This document shows positions 44,101 to 52,750 of a stretch of DNA of 64,000 nucleotides, piece by piece. The DNA comes from Phoronis australis (taxonomy: Eukaryota; Animalia; Phoronida), in the NCBI GenBank assembly GCA_002633005.1, contig NMRA01000003.1:666696-730695 (forward strand), written 5' to 3'. The translations under genes and the position numbers were made by a program. Positions within the stretch are counted from its first letter, which is position 1. Each line of letters starts with the position of its first letter. The notes beneath the pieces are model-generated. The model saw only the letters and a program-made list of their open reading frames with translations, was not told the origin of the DNA and searched no databases.

Positions 44101-47100
44101 ATGGTATAACTAGGAGACAAAAACGCCAAGTATTAAGAAATCACGGTAAGAACCAACTTGTATGTTCTTAGAATTCGAAAAGTTTAAGAGATAAACTTTA
44201 ATAAATTCAAATTTTCTAAAAGCATGTTTCCAGGTATTTACCTCATTCAAATCCGTGGAATACACAGGGCGAGAAAACGTCGGTGTGTTGTCATTTTCAT
44301 CCTGGATATTGATCGTGATAGGGTACTCCCTCTGAAATGAGTACAACAACACAGTTACATCCACAATGTATAGCTCCTTTCATTTAACTACATCTTTGCA
44401 TCGTCCAAAGCTGAAATTGCTACTGACTGTCACAATAGTCTTTGGATGACCTGGATACCTCTCCTGCTGTTCATTCACAGGAGTTAAGTGCTCTATAGCT
44501 CATGTATGGAATGGGTGACAAAATTATGCAAAATACAGCATACATACATTCTTATACGAATCAATTCAGGGAATCAAACGTTAATTGACAAACAAAGATA
44601 ATTAGTATTTCTGTCAACAACTTTTTTCAAGGAAAGTAAACGTATTTGACGATTTTGATATGTCATAAAACATAAAATACAAGAGTTCGGACAGAAGTTT
44701 TTCTAAAATGCATTATTAACATTGTACCTCTGACAAAGTACTTTTCCCTTGCTATTTTGAATCACTAATACCAATTTTATTAGTAGGCCCTAAATAAAAA
44801 TAAGGAAAATATGGTACTGTATAGCTACGTATTGCACACACAAATATTATATAAAAGTAATGATGATGATAATAATGACAACAACAATAACAATAATAAT
44901 GATAATGATACTTATTATAATAATAAACATTTTCCAATGCATTTTGTCTGGGAAAGTTTCATAGCAACTGATCAGACCCAAACAATCAATACCTAAGTTG
45001 GCAATCCGAATAAGTAAGCTGTTATCTTGGGCAAGGCAGGAACAAATTTACAATAAGTTTCTTGATGTGACATGGTGCAGCTCAGTGGAATTTCAAATTT
45101 TGTAAAGATCAAACAAATTGAACACAAAATATTAACCAAGCAAATGCACCAAGGAAAAGATACTTACAATAGCACCTGAAGTGGCAGTACAGTGGAGTTT
45201 GAAAATGAAAATGTCTTTGTCGTCCAAAGTACCTGGACCACCCTGTAACAGAAGCAGACAAAATAACGGTAAAAACAAACAAATACCAGAAATATTTAGA
45301 TTTTACTTCATCAAACAGACATCAATCTGCACCATCATTTCAATTTATTCTGGCATCTTAAGAGCATATTAAACTCAATTTCAATGATTCAAAGCTGTGG
45401 GAAAGACTGGCTTATTTGAAAAATGAATTTTTTTACACGGAATGAGAGGTCATGGATGAATGTGATTTTCAGAGGTAATTATTGGTTCCAGCAATGCTAC
45501 TGCTTCCAATGTACTGCAGAAGCTGCCAATAGTATACTTCCCCAGTTTGCAAACCACTGCCACAACTCAAAATAGTAGTTCAGTCTCCACAATTGAAAGT
45601 AATCTAAGAACCAAAACATGGACAGGCAGCAGCCTTAACAGTGGGCACGAAAAGCTAACATTAGTTAAGAGCGAGTGCTTAGCCGAGCAGTGGGTGGGTA
45701 GTCATTAGAGTTGGGAGTGAGTGCTTAGCCAACCAGTGGGTGGGTACATTAGAGTTCACTTGGGAGTGAGTGTTTAGCTGAATAGTGGGTGGGTACGTAA
45801 GAGTTGGGAGTGGGTGCTTAGTTGAGCAGTGGTGGGTACATCGGAGTTGGGAGTGAGTGTTTAGCTGAACAGTGGGTGGGTACATAAGAGTTGAGAGTGG
45901 GTGCTTAGTTGAGCAGTGGGTGGGTACATTGGAGTTGGGAGTGCTTAGCCGAGCAGTGGGTGGGTACATCGGAGTTGGGAGTGCTTAGCTGAGCAGAGGG
46001 TGGGTATATCAGAGTTGGGAGTAGGTGCTTAGGTGAGCAGTAGGTGGGTACATCAGAGTTGAGAGTTGGTGCTAAGCCAAGCAGTGGGTGTGTACATTTG
46101 AGTAGGTAGTGCTTAGCCGAGCAGTCAGTGAATGCATCGAAGGTGGGAGTGCATGGGTGCTTAGCTGAGCGGGGGGTGGGTATGTCAGAAATGGGCACTT
46201 ATAGTTAAGTATTACACCCTGAACATATGCTACAAATGAGACTCTTCTCTTACCTAATGTTTTCCCATGTTTCATCTAAATGGCCTTGTTACAATATGTT
46301 TCATCTGAATGGCCTTGTTACAATATGTTTCATCTGAATGGCCTTGTTACAATATGTTTCATCTGAATGGCCTTGTTACAATATGTTTCATCTAAATGGC
46401 CTTGTTACAATTTTTGACTAATGTTTATTTAAAAATTGCAAACATTTTAAGTCTGGTCAGCATGCCACGTGTGCTCAAATCATGTGACCCAATGAATATG
46501 TCTAAAATGATTCCTGTCCCCGACCTGGACTCTAACTCGGGCATGCAGACCAGACTTAAAAATGTTTTAAAACACATCTCCATGCCGCTTTAAGAATTAC
46601 ATATTGACATGCTTTCTTAATAAATCTGGATAGAGCACAGTGGCTAGCAATATGGCCTGTGAATCTATAACAAATTATAAAACCAAAGCCAATATGTCCA
46701 ACTTAAGTTCAGTACACATTAAAAGTAAAAACAAAACGCCAACTTTGGGTTCAAGAAACAATGTCCTTTTAACATTTTGTCCTCAACCTTCACACAGCCC
46801 AAAATGATATCGTAGCAAACTTGTTGTCTCAAGGTTCAAGACCAACTTTAGACAAGTTTCATGAATACAGAAGCCTTTGAGTGAAGAATCTAAAACTGGC
46901 ACAGTGAAACTGCACGTGTTAACTGTTCATCACAGACACACGCACACAGAGATGCACAGCACATTCACTGAATAAAAACACTTAACTAGCACAGTGAAAC
47001 CGCATAACTTTGTGTAAACTGCTTAACACAGACACACGCGCGCACACAGAGATGCACAAACGCAATCACTGAATAAAGACACTTAACTAACACAGTGAAA

Positions 47101-49485
47101 CAGCATGTGTAAACTGTTTCACACTCACATATACATAATCACAGGAGCGCAAGAAGAACTCACATCTCTGTCTATGGGTTTTGCAGCTTTGATGGTAAAA
47201 CCTGTGAGGAGCCCCGATATAGCGAAGAGTGATGGGTCAGTGTACTTAGGATTGGACACCTGGAGCTCCAAATTTTGGACACTGACACCAAGAATTCCAT
47301 TGATGGGAATGTTAGCCGACATAGTCAGATCAGGATTAACACCAGTCCCTGCTGCAAATGCATCTATGTCTGGAATACACAGAGGCAATAGTAATCAGCA
47401 AATAACAACTAAAGAGAGTGGAATGAAAAATCAAAAAAACTTGTGAACATAGCCATTGCAAGTACTACTTATTAAAGAATATATTAATTTAAAATAGTTT
47501 TACAGAAAATCTTGCAAACCAATTTAACGGACACAGCACTCTGTTGCGAGTGGTACCAGGCTTCACCAACATTACCTGTTTGTGTGACTTCTGATAGAGT
47601 AAGGATCACCTCAGTTCCACTTTGTAACGTGCAAGCTGAAATATAACACAACTCAAAACTGTAATTATTCACAAGGTAGCTTCTCTCAGGAGATTTCATC
47701 ATTGAGCAAAAATATAATGAATGATGAATCAAAACATATGTAAGTAAATTTCTAGCAAAGGAAGAACTAGAATTAAAGTGTAATGAAGAATTAACAGTAA
47801 CTGTAATACATAGTTAATGAAACAATGAGCAGTGTTATAAATTCTCGCAAACACACCCTAAGTCCAAAATTAAAGTTCTTAACAGCATTCAAAGATAAGG
47901 AAGCTGGCCTACAAAGGAGAAATCTTGTTAGGACTCGTGCAAACCATACATTATAGACAACAGATTCGCAACTCCGACATTTTCGTGTGTACTATCCTAG
48001 AGGAGGTACCACTCTCCTAAATTGTCTGTTGCACTTTCCGTGTATTGTGACAGGAAATTCTCGCATCTATTTTACTGTCCAGCACAATGAAAAAAAACAA
48101 TAAATTTGGCATTGAAATGCTGTTCAAAGTCTTCCAATAGTAGAACTGTTGGTACTGTGAGTACTTTTAGCAAATTTACTACCACCCAACCACACAACAG
48201 CCCAGGGGCAAATCCAGGATTTTGAGTTGGGGGGGGGGCCAGGGCACAGGAATAACCAGAATTTCGACAGATGCGTGCCCAGCCCAAAAATGTGGGGACG
48301 CAGACGCCTCGAATGTTTGGGGTTGCGGACCTGTTGACTAAAAAAACATAAAAAAACGGTAAACGGAGTTTGTTCAGTTTGTTCAGTGCCTATGCATTGT
48401 TTATTCACCCCCGACGAGCCCCTGCTTGCGCACACCCGAACTCCCAAATGGTATCTGGTAGAATTTTAGGGGAGGCCATGGTTCCCTTGCCCCCCCCCCT
48501 AAATCCGCCACTGCAGCCGACCATAATTAGCAGACGACGTAGGTTACTTGCCGCAAATAACACCAGATAATTTGCTCAGGTGTTGCTAGTGAATTATGAC
48601 GCAACAGCTTGTTCGTAAGAGCACAGATTTCGTCCATCGTAAGTATACAGAGTTGGCGGTCCATGTACTCTAGTCTATGTGCAAGCTTAATGATTAATTC
48701 ATGTATAAGACCACACATCAAGACATTTTCTTCCTTTTAAGAGTTCTAAGCAAGTTCTCAGCATGTATTAATATCACACCAAGCCAAGCATTTTACAATG
48801 GTGATGCAAAACGACGTTTCGTGCCCATCATTTTGAAATTCATTAACATATTGTTCAGTCCTGTCAAGGAATGGCTTCGGGCCACCAACATTTCATTAAC
48901 TTCCACAGTTCACTTACACAATCACACATAAGCTGTGGTTGTTATAGTCATGGCTGAATGGCACAAATCAAAGAAAAAATGACTAGTTTGCATTCAAAGT
49001 ACACGGTGCAGGCCTATATATTTGAATGCAAGCCTATTAATTACTTCTAATTATTGAAATAAAGATTTTTACCTGTCAACAGCCTGGTTACATTTGAGAA
49101 CCCAGCTTTTGGGTCCAACGAAGAGTTTCAGATGGACCTGATAGGAGGGTTCTCAAACATAACCAGGCTGTGGCTAGGTAATGGCGTCAGCTACGAACAT
49201 TCATTCCACTGCTTTTAATTACTCTACTTTTGATTATTCTCAGAAAAGCATGGTTTTGCACATGCAAGTAACTATATGGTAGCACAATTCCTCAGAGGAA
49301 CACGTGGAAAATGATGAAAAGCACACAAGAAAAATTGTTTAGTTTGAAGGGAAATTTAGCTAGACGTAAATTGAAATAAGTTTTGAAAAAAATTAATCAA
49401 CTAAAAATAAAAACTCACTACCTTGAGCAGTTGTCTCTGATACCAACAGAGTTAGGAACAGAGCCAAGGCCTGAAGTTTAGCCAT
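988..49485 (-). CDS. Giant cadherin-superfamily protein (PCDH15/Cad99C-like N-terminus plus a long atypical EC array), 59 coding exons in window, 3' end beyond the left edge
   Basis: Exons in transcript order, all GT-AG and phase-compatible: 49419-49485, 47567-47635, 47164-47369, 45168-45242, 44242-44331, 43284-43430, 42758-42877, 41934-42095, 41626-41722, 40906-41024, 39778-39990, 38614-38754, 38109-38276, 37306-37481, 34858-34993, 33929-34017, 32890-32974, 32282-32410, 31995-32056, 31310-31401, 29441-29595, 27760-27981, 26844-26951, 26382-26510, 25979-26161, 25571-25705, 24982-25164, 24586-24714, 24107-24301, 23601-23729, 23183-23371, 21625-21765, 21177-21362, 20511-20645, 18744-18929, 18145-18276, 17567-17764, 16546-16677, 15785-15976, 14727-14855, 14141-14317, 13270-13401, 12694-13014, 12032-12226, 11435-11578, 10973-11158, 9983-10117, 9125-9313, 8509-8643, 7274-7462, 5902-6024, 5186-5374, 4721-4852, 4136-4318, 3155-3295, 2653-2844, 1858-1992, 1321-1503, 988-1128. 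Cadherin motifs seen: DENDNTPTF, DANDNSPVF, DVNDIDP, LDYE, FDRE, AxDxG, ATDxD. A few donors have nearby alternatives (exons 1, 2, 13). Confidence 0.93.
2370..2458. mobile_element. Short hairpin MITE, family A
   Basis: TIR-like arms ATGTAACGTGCCCATATTTTGGGAACCA / TGGTTCTCAAAATTCGGGCACATTATAT; homologous to 42171-42266 and 61362-61432. Confidence 0.7.
7672..8447 (+). mobile_element. Helentron/HINE-like non-autonomous element
   Basis: GACG/GACA-type short repeats (8370-8405), then a perfect stem-loop CCACATAT-AC-ATATGTGG and an A-run; internal blocks recur at 59175-59310. The 5' boundary is approximate. Confidence 0.5.
13588..13921 (+). mobile_element. tRNA-derived SINE, family S, copy 1, with an expanded 24-bp unit
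   Basis: Head GGAGGAGGCAGTGTGGCCTAGTGG (A-box-like); colinear with 49691-49970 and the reverse complement of 36722-36957. Confidence 0.75.
13763..13906. repeat. 24-bp minisatellite x6, self-complementary unit
   Basis: GTCTGGTATGATGTGTACCAGACC. Confidence 0.95.
15478..15605. repeat. 43-bp tandem repeat x3
   Basis: GTCAATGAACACATAATGTCTTGTGGTAGCAT at 15488, 15531 and 15574. Confidence 0.9.
17098..17295 (-). other. Second identical copy of cadherin exon 17567-17764, probably an assembly overlap
   Basis: 16898-17365 and 17367-17834 are near-identical (3 substitutions seen, all intronic) and separated by a single N at 17366. Confidence 0.85.
17366..17366. other. Scaffold gap (N)
   Basis: Single N between the duplicated 468-bp blocks. 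Confidence 0.9.
19047..19740. repeat. 68-bp minisatellite, about 10 copies
   Basis: TGTAGAGCTGTTGGGAGTCAGTTGGTCAGAAGGCTACAGCTACTACAGCAGATCCACC(T/A)AGTGTCTAG, near-identical units. Confidence 0.95.
20773..20825. repeat. (TG)n microsatellite
   Basis: Uninterrupted TG run. Confidence 0.97.
22516..22516. other. Scaffold gap or ambiguous base (N)
   Basis: Single N in the intron between exons 23183-23371 and 21625-21765. Confidence 0.85.
26382..47635 (-). CDS. Cadherin exons 2-24: EC1-EC9, mostly canonical Ca-binding repeats, PCDH15/Cad99C-like
   Basis: Linkers DENDNTP, DGNDLPP, KLNTSPP, DVNDVRP, PFGNVPP, DANDNSP, DLQDVVP, DVNDIDP; Cys pair in EC1; C-x8-C loop at the start of EC3; mixed intron phases. 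Confidence 0.88.
28207..28408. repeat. 27/34-bp minisatellite, about 7 units
   Basis: TGTGACTTGTAGAGTTTGGCCACA units, two with a CACAGT-containing insert. Confidence 0.9.
29898..30424 (+). mobile_element. Internally deleted PIF/Harbinger transposon
   Basis: TIRs of about 30 bp (GAAGAGTGTTCAACAGAGTGAGTGCCCGC / GCGGGCTCTCACTCTATTGAACACGCTTC). 30154-30240 encodes RIENYVEETVPRYNNPQFKSHFRMSSSTL, matching the FxxxFRMSxxTF N-terminal motif of HARBI1-type transposases. Confidence 0.8.
30869..31272 (+). mobile_element. MITE family B, copy 1
   Basis: Termini CATAGATTATAG / CTATAGTCTATG; about 400-bp body shared with 40047-40449 (inverted) and 47945-48679. Confidence 0.8.
32666..32868. repeat. (GAT/GGT)n trinucleotide repeat
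   Basis: Mixed GAT/GGT run in an intron next to exon 32890-32974. Confidence 0.95.
34026..34224. repeat. 24-bp minisatellite x8 abutting a splice acceptor
   Basis: TACAAAGTGGTACTCAGTGAGACG units ending within about 8 bp of the acceptor at 34018-34019. Confidence 0.95.
35420..35871. mobile_element. MITE family C, copy 1 (about 55-bp TIR)
   Basis: TGCATGAAACAGTCCCAAATAGGGATTCAACTAAGTTCCCTAA versus TTAGAGAACTTAGTTGAGTAACAATTTGGGACTGTTCCAAGCA; body shared with 38857-39286. Confidence 0.8.
36224..36508. repeat. 47-bp minisatellite x6
   Basis: CTATCAGTCAGTGCTTCGGTACATT(A/G)TGGTTTGTGCACAATGAATGT. Confidence 0.95.
36722..36957 (-). mobile_element. tRNA-derived SINE, family S, copy 2
   Basis: Reverse strand reads GGAGGAGGCAGTGTG..TAGTGG...GGGTTCGAGTACC (B-box), followed by the shared body. 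Confidence 0.75.
38857..39286. mobile_element. MITE family C, copy 2
   Basis: CATGAAACAATCCCAAATAGGGACT ... AGTCCCTATTTGGGACTCTTTCATGCAAC; colinear with copy 1. Confidence 0.8.
40047..40449 (-). mobile_element. MITE family B, copy 2 (inverted)
   Basis: TTTAGGAGAGTGGCGCC.CCTCT.GGA...GTTGCGAATCTGTTGTCT is the reverse complement of the copy 1 start. Confidence 0.8.
42171..42266. mobile_element. Short hairpin MITE, family A
   Basis: GTCTGATATAAC...TTTTGAGAACCAGTTT and AAACTGGTTCTCAAAA...GTTATATCAGAC are inverted arms around a spacer of about 20 bp. Confidence 0.75.
43425..43705. repeat. Diverged 130-bp tandem repeat (about 2.2 units) containing a splice acceptor
   Basis: GTCA(A/C)CTGAAATA recurs with CTG at 43431, 43561 and 43691, with colinear intervening sequence. 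Confidence 0.8.
44857..44928. repeat. (AAT/AAC/GAT)n low-complexity repeat
   Basis: Direct inspection. Confidence 0.85.
45672..46190. repeat. G-rich degenerate minisatellite, units of about 39-47 bp, about 12 copies
   Basis: GTGCTTAG(C/T)(C/T)GAGCAGTGGGTGGGTACAT..GAGTTGGGA. Confidence 0.9.
46267..46411. repeat. 29-bp minisatellite x5
   Basis: ATGTTTCATCT(A/G)AATGGCCTTGTTACAAT. Confidence 0.95.
46899..47120. repeat. Diverged tandem repeat of about 90-100 bp (about 2.3 units)
   Basis: CACAGTGAAAC...CACAGACACACGC...ACAGAGATGCACA...CACTGAATAAA.ACACTTAACTA repeated. Confidence 0.75.
47945..48679 (+). mobile_element. MITE family B, copy 3, interrupted by a nested element
   Basis: Same termini and body as copy 1, plus an insertion at 48203-48513. 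Confidence 0.8.
48203..48513. mobile_element. Nested MITE with CAG...CTG TIRs
   Basis: CAGGGGCAAATCCAGG...G-run / C-run...CCTAAATCCGCCACTG, flanked by the direct repeat CAGCC; the empty site is visible in copy 1 near 31112. Confidence 0.8.
49419..49485 (-). CDS. Cadherin first coding exon: signal peptide
   Basis: ACCATGG start context; MAKLQALALFLTLLVSETTAQG has a basic N-region, hydrophobic core and small-residue cleavage site. The phase-1 donor matches the next exon's phase-1 acceptor at 47635. An acceptor at 49535-49536 implies further 5' UTR exon(s). An in-frame upstream ATG exists at 49509. Confidence 0.8.
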
Positions 49486-49690
49486 GGTGTTAGCAAGTTT
49501 GATGGTCATAAGACCTGAATGTCCACCTCTGTCTCTGAAATTAGGAATAGCTTTTAAAATACAAAAAACAATACTACAATAAGCGTCGATTTGCACAGGG
49601 AAACCTGGTTCAACACTTATCACCAAAGGTCAGTTAACAAGTAATTAAAATGGAATCCAAATTCTTCGATGTTAAGAAATAAAGATACTA

Positions 49691-49970
49691 GAGGAGGCAG
49701 TGTGGCCTAGAATGATATGTGCCTGCTTTCTTTACTCAAGGTCATGGGTTTGAGTCCCACAGGGTCCCACTGCTAAACCCTTGAGTCAGGTTTCTAGCTC
49801 CTCAGCTCAGTTTTAACTACATATATATTAATAAAGAATAAAAATAGTTCCAGGTAATCAGTGCAATATGGGCCCACATGCGTGGCCTGCGCACGTCTGG
49901 TACAACGTGTATCAGACCGCCTGTGCACGTCTGGTACAACGTGTATCAGACCGCCTGCAATTATTTTTTT
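49691..49970 (+). mobile_element. tRNA-derived SINE, family S, copy 3
   Basis: GAGGAGGCAGTGTGGCCTAG...GGGTTTGAGTCCC; 34-bp duplication in the 3' part. Confidence 0.75.
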
Positions 49971-52038
49971 AAATGAAGATACTAATTCCCTGTATATAAC
50001 CTTTGTGCATTTAAATTACATGACAAGAGCAAGTTAGAGTTACCATAAAAATTCTTTAGTTTGCATTACAACATGGCGTACATGTAAAATTACATTTTGT
50101 CAAATTTCTTAGAATACCAAAACTTTCAGAGTTTTACTTTGCTTTAGCACACTTTGTACAGTACAATTGCCACCAAACAAAACTTGGTTAACTTTTGAGC
50201 ATTTGAAATAATAAGTCTCTGAAAAACAAAAAAGAACAATTTTGGTAATTATTCTTATACTCGCAAAATTCCAAGAATTTTCTCACATCATTGACAAATA
50301 TAGATTTTTTCACGTGTACACATTCATCATACAGTCAAGTGGGGTGTAGTTGTATGACTGTATTGTAGCCAGACTAGTTTTAGCATGCTTGATTGAGCAC
50401 TAACATGTTATCTTGTCAGGTATGTGTCTTCCCAGGTGATTTAAGGTCAGTGAGATGTTTCAACAAAAATTAAGAGTCGGGGGAAAGTCTTGCTTGTTCT
50501 TACAACTATTTATTATTTAAAATCAATTAAATTGATGAAAAATCAGCTGACAAATACCTGATCAAGTATTGGCAAAATTAACCACTACAGAGTGTTGGCA
50601 TTATTAGTGTTGGCATTGTCAATGTAAAATGAAAGTAAATTTGTTTCATCTTTATCATCTAGTTATAGCTTACAGTAGGCAAACAACAACCCTGAGGCAG
50701 ACAAACTGCAAACAAAAATAACAATAAACATAAAACATAGCTTACATTAACCTACTGTACCCCAAGAATTAATGAAGAGCACCAGGGAACAGACTTTCAC
50801 AGCATACTAGTCTTGTATTTGGTGGACTATTGAATTTTTAATAAATCAATGGGCTGCATTGTGTGACAACAGAGTGGACACGCACTACAATGCCCCAGGT
50901 ACACAGTGTAAATAAGAACTTGTAGCACTCAAGTTTATTGAGGTGGGGCTATGTCTAGCTCCCATTAGTTCAGAATTCATACCTTGGGAAATCTTAATGA
51001 ATCTCTCCTGGTAATATCTTTACTGAGCTGAAAACATGCAGTCAGCTAGTGAACTAGTTTCTAACAAAGTTCCAAATACATTGAAATTGGTACATCTTGT
51101 GTACTCATTTGTCTCCAACAACTAGCCTTATGAGTTGTTTTTTTCATCGCTTCATAATTGACAATGCCTCGCGTACATGTTCACATATAAACCAAAGTAG
51201 TTCAGATTTCATAAATAGTTCAGTCTGTAACTGGATACATAGGCGTATTAGACGGGGTAGACCAGGGAGGCAACTGCCCCCAGAGTCCAGCAAAAAATGG
51301 ATAAAAAGAAAAAGTTCAGACTGCACAGCATATCGAATGGAAAAATATGAGAACATTTCAAAGAAATGCAACAGAAACGTACCACAAAAGATTAGATGTG
51401 GAAGGGTTGAACTTGATGGTGACGAGGAGGTGGGTTTTAATGACAACGAACTGGGTGGGTACCAGGGAGATGATATCCCACGCTGTCATAAGACCCGCCC
51501 TGCCATAAGACCCGCCCTTACATGCGCGGTCAAGTCCCAACCATCATCTAAGTACGTGTTGTCCAGTGAGTAATGGAAACTCAAAAAATTTTAACCATGA
51601 ACAGTAAACTTGATTGCCACAGGAGAGTATCTGGCTGGTACTGGTTCAGTTCCTGGTTAAGGAATAAAGTGGCACTATTAACTGCTTCTAACATTTACTT
51701 CGTATCCTTTTAAGTAAATTCCATGTTCAACCATGCAAGCCATTCTTTAGTAGACAAATTATTTTCTTCTTTACCTATGTCTCTAGCACACAGTGTCCTC
51801 ATAAAAGTTCAACAAATGTAAATGCTGACTGACTGACAATGGAACAAAAACAATTTCACTGAACAAAATACAAGTACAACATACAGCACGAAAACATTAA
51901 TTTTGTTCCTTTGTCACGACTCTGTGTGGTCAAAGACAACGTAACGAAATGGGCCCGATTGACTCTGAAACTCTAGCTTCCATAAGAGACGATTAGATTG
52001 ACATCAAACACGATAATAATGTTTCTAGTATCACTCAC

Positions 52039-52750
52039 CTGTTATGTATCGATTGTTGACGTATCCGTATTGACAAGGAACCAGATACTTTAAGAGAATT
52101 AAACTTCGCAGAGCCAAGCAGCCTGCTTCCAAAAAAGCTCGACACGGTACCACACCTGTTGGGCCGAGCAATGACCTATTTGACTGTTTTAAGAAACCCG
52201 CACGGATGAAATCACTGAAAAGCATAGCCCAGTGAATAAAAATAGTAGAAACAAGCAAGTAGTAAAACCGGTTTTTCAGCTCCTCCGACACAAAAGCCAT
52301 GCTGACGTCTAACGTGTTGGCCGAGCACCAGTCTATTTTTAGAACGCGGAGTTGAAGTATGTCAATCGCAACTCTCTAAACGTGTTTCTCACGCAAGCTT
52401 GACAGTGGAGGGAGGGTAAAGCATGTCACTCCCCATCATAAATATCACAAATTTTGCTAGATCGCAGAGAAGTGTTATATTTCTAATCTTCCTAAACACG
52501 ACTATACTTCAATTTAATCAGATTTAGTAACCCTCATGCTCCACTTCGGGGACTCGCCACTCACTCCCGGCCGGCGCCGGAGTTCAGCGGCAGTGCGTGG
52601 GACCCGTTACGTCCGGCCTCTGCTCTGTTGTCAGTCCACATCGGCATGTCTTTGAACTTAGCCAAGTGTCTAACTTAACTTTGTGAAAAAAAAGTATTCA
52701 TAGAATTTTGACTTTTCATATCATAGACACGGACATGGCAAGGCTGCATG
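52039..52750 (-). promoter_or_regulatory. Candidate promoter and non-coding first exon of the cadherin gene
   Basis: Locally CpG-rich stretch upstream of the signal-peptide exon, ending in a consensus CAG/GTGAGT donor at 52038. No transcript evidence. Confidence 0.35.

Noticed and set aside
45679-46275. Pro/Thr/His-rich minus-strand ORFs as mucin-like exons
   Set aside because: Frames shift between units of a degenerate minisatellite, and the flanking cadherin exons join in phase without them.
988-49485. Naming the cadherin FAT4, CDH23 or PCDH15
   Set aside because: The C-terminal domains are outside the window, the architecture fits none of them exactly, and no search could be run.
51097-51573. 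158-aa plus-strand ORF
   Set aside because: TTG start, no recognisable domain, and it overlaps repeat-like sequence starting CATAGGCG at about 51238.
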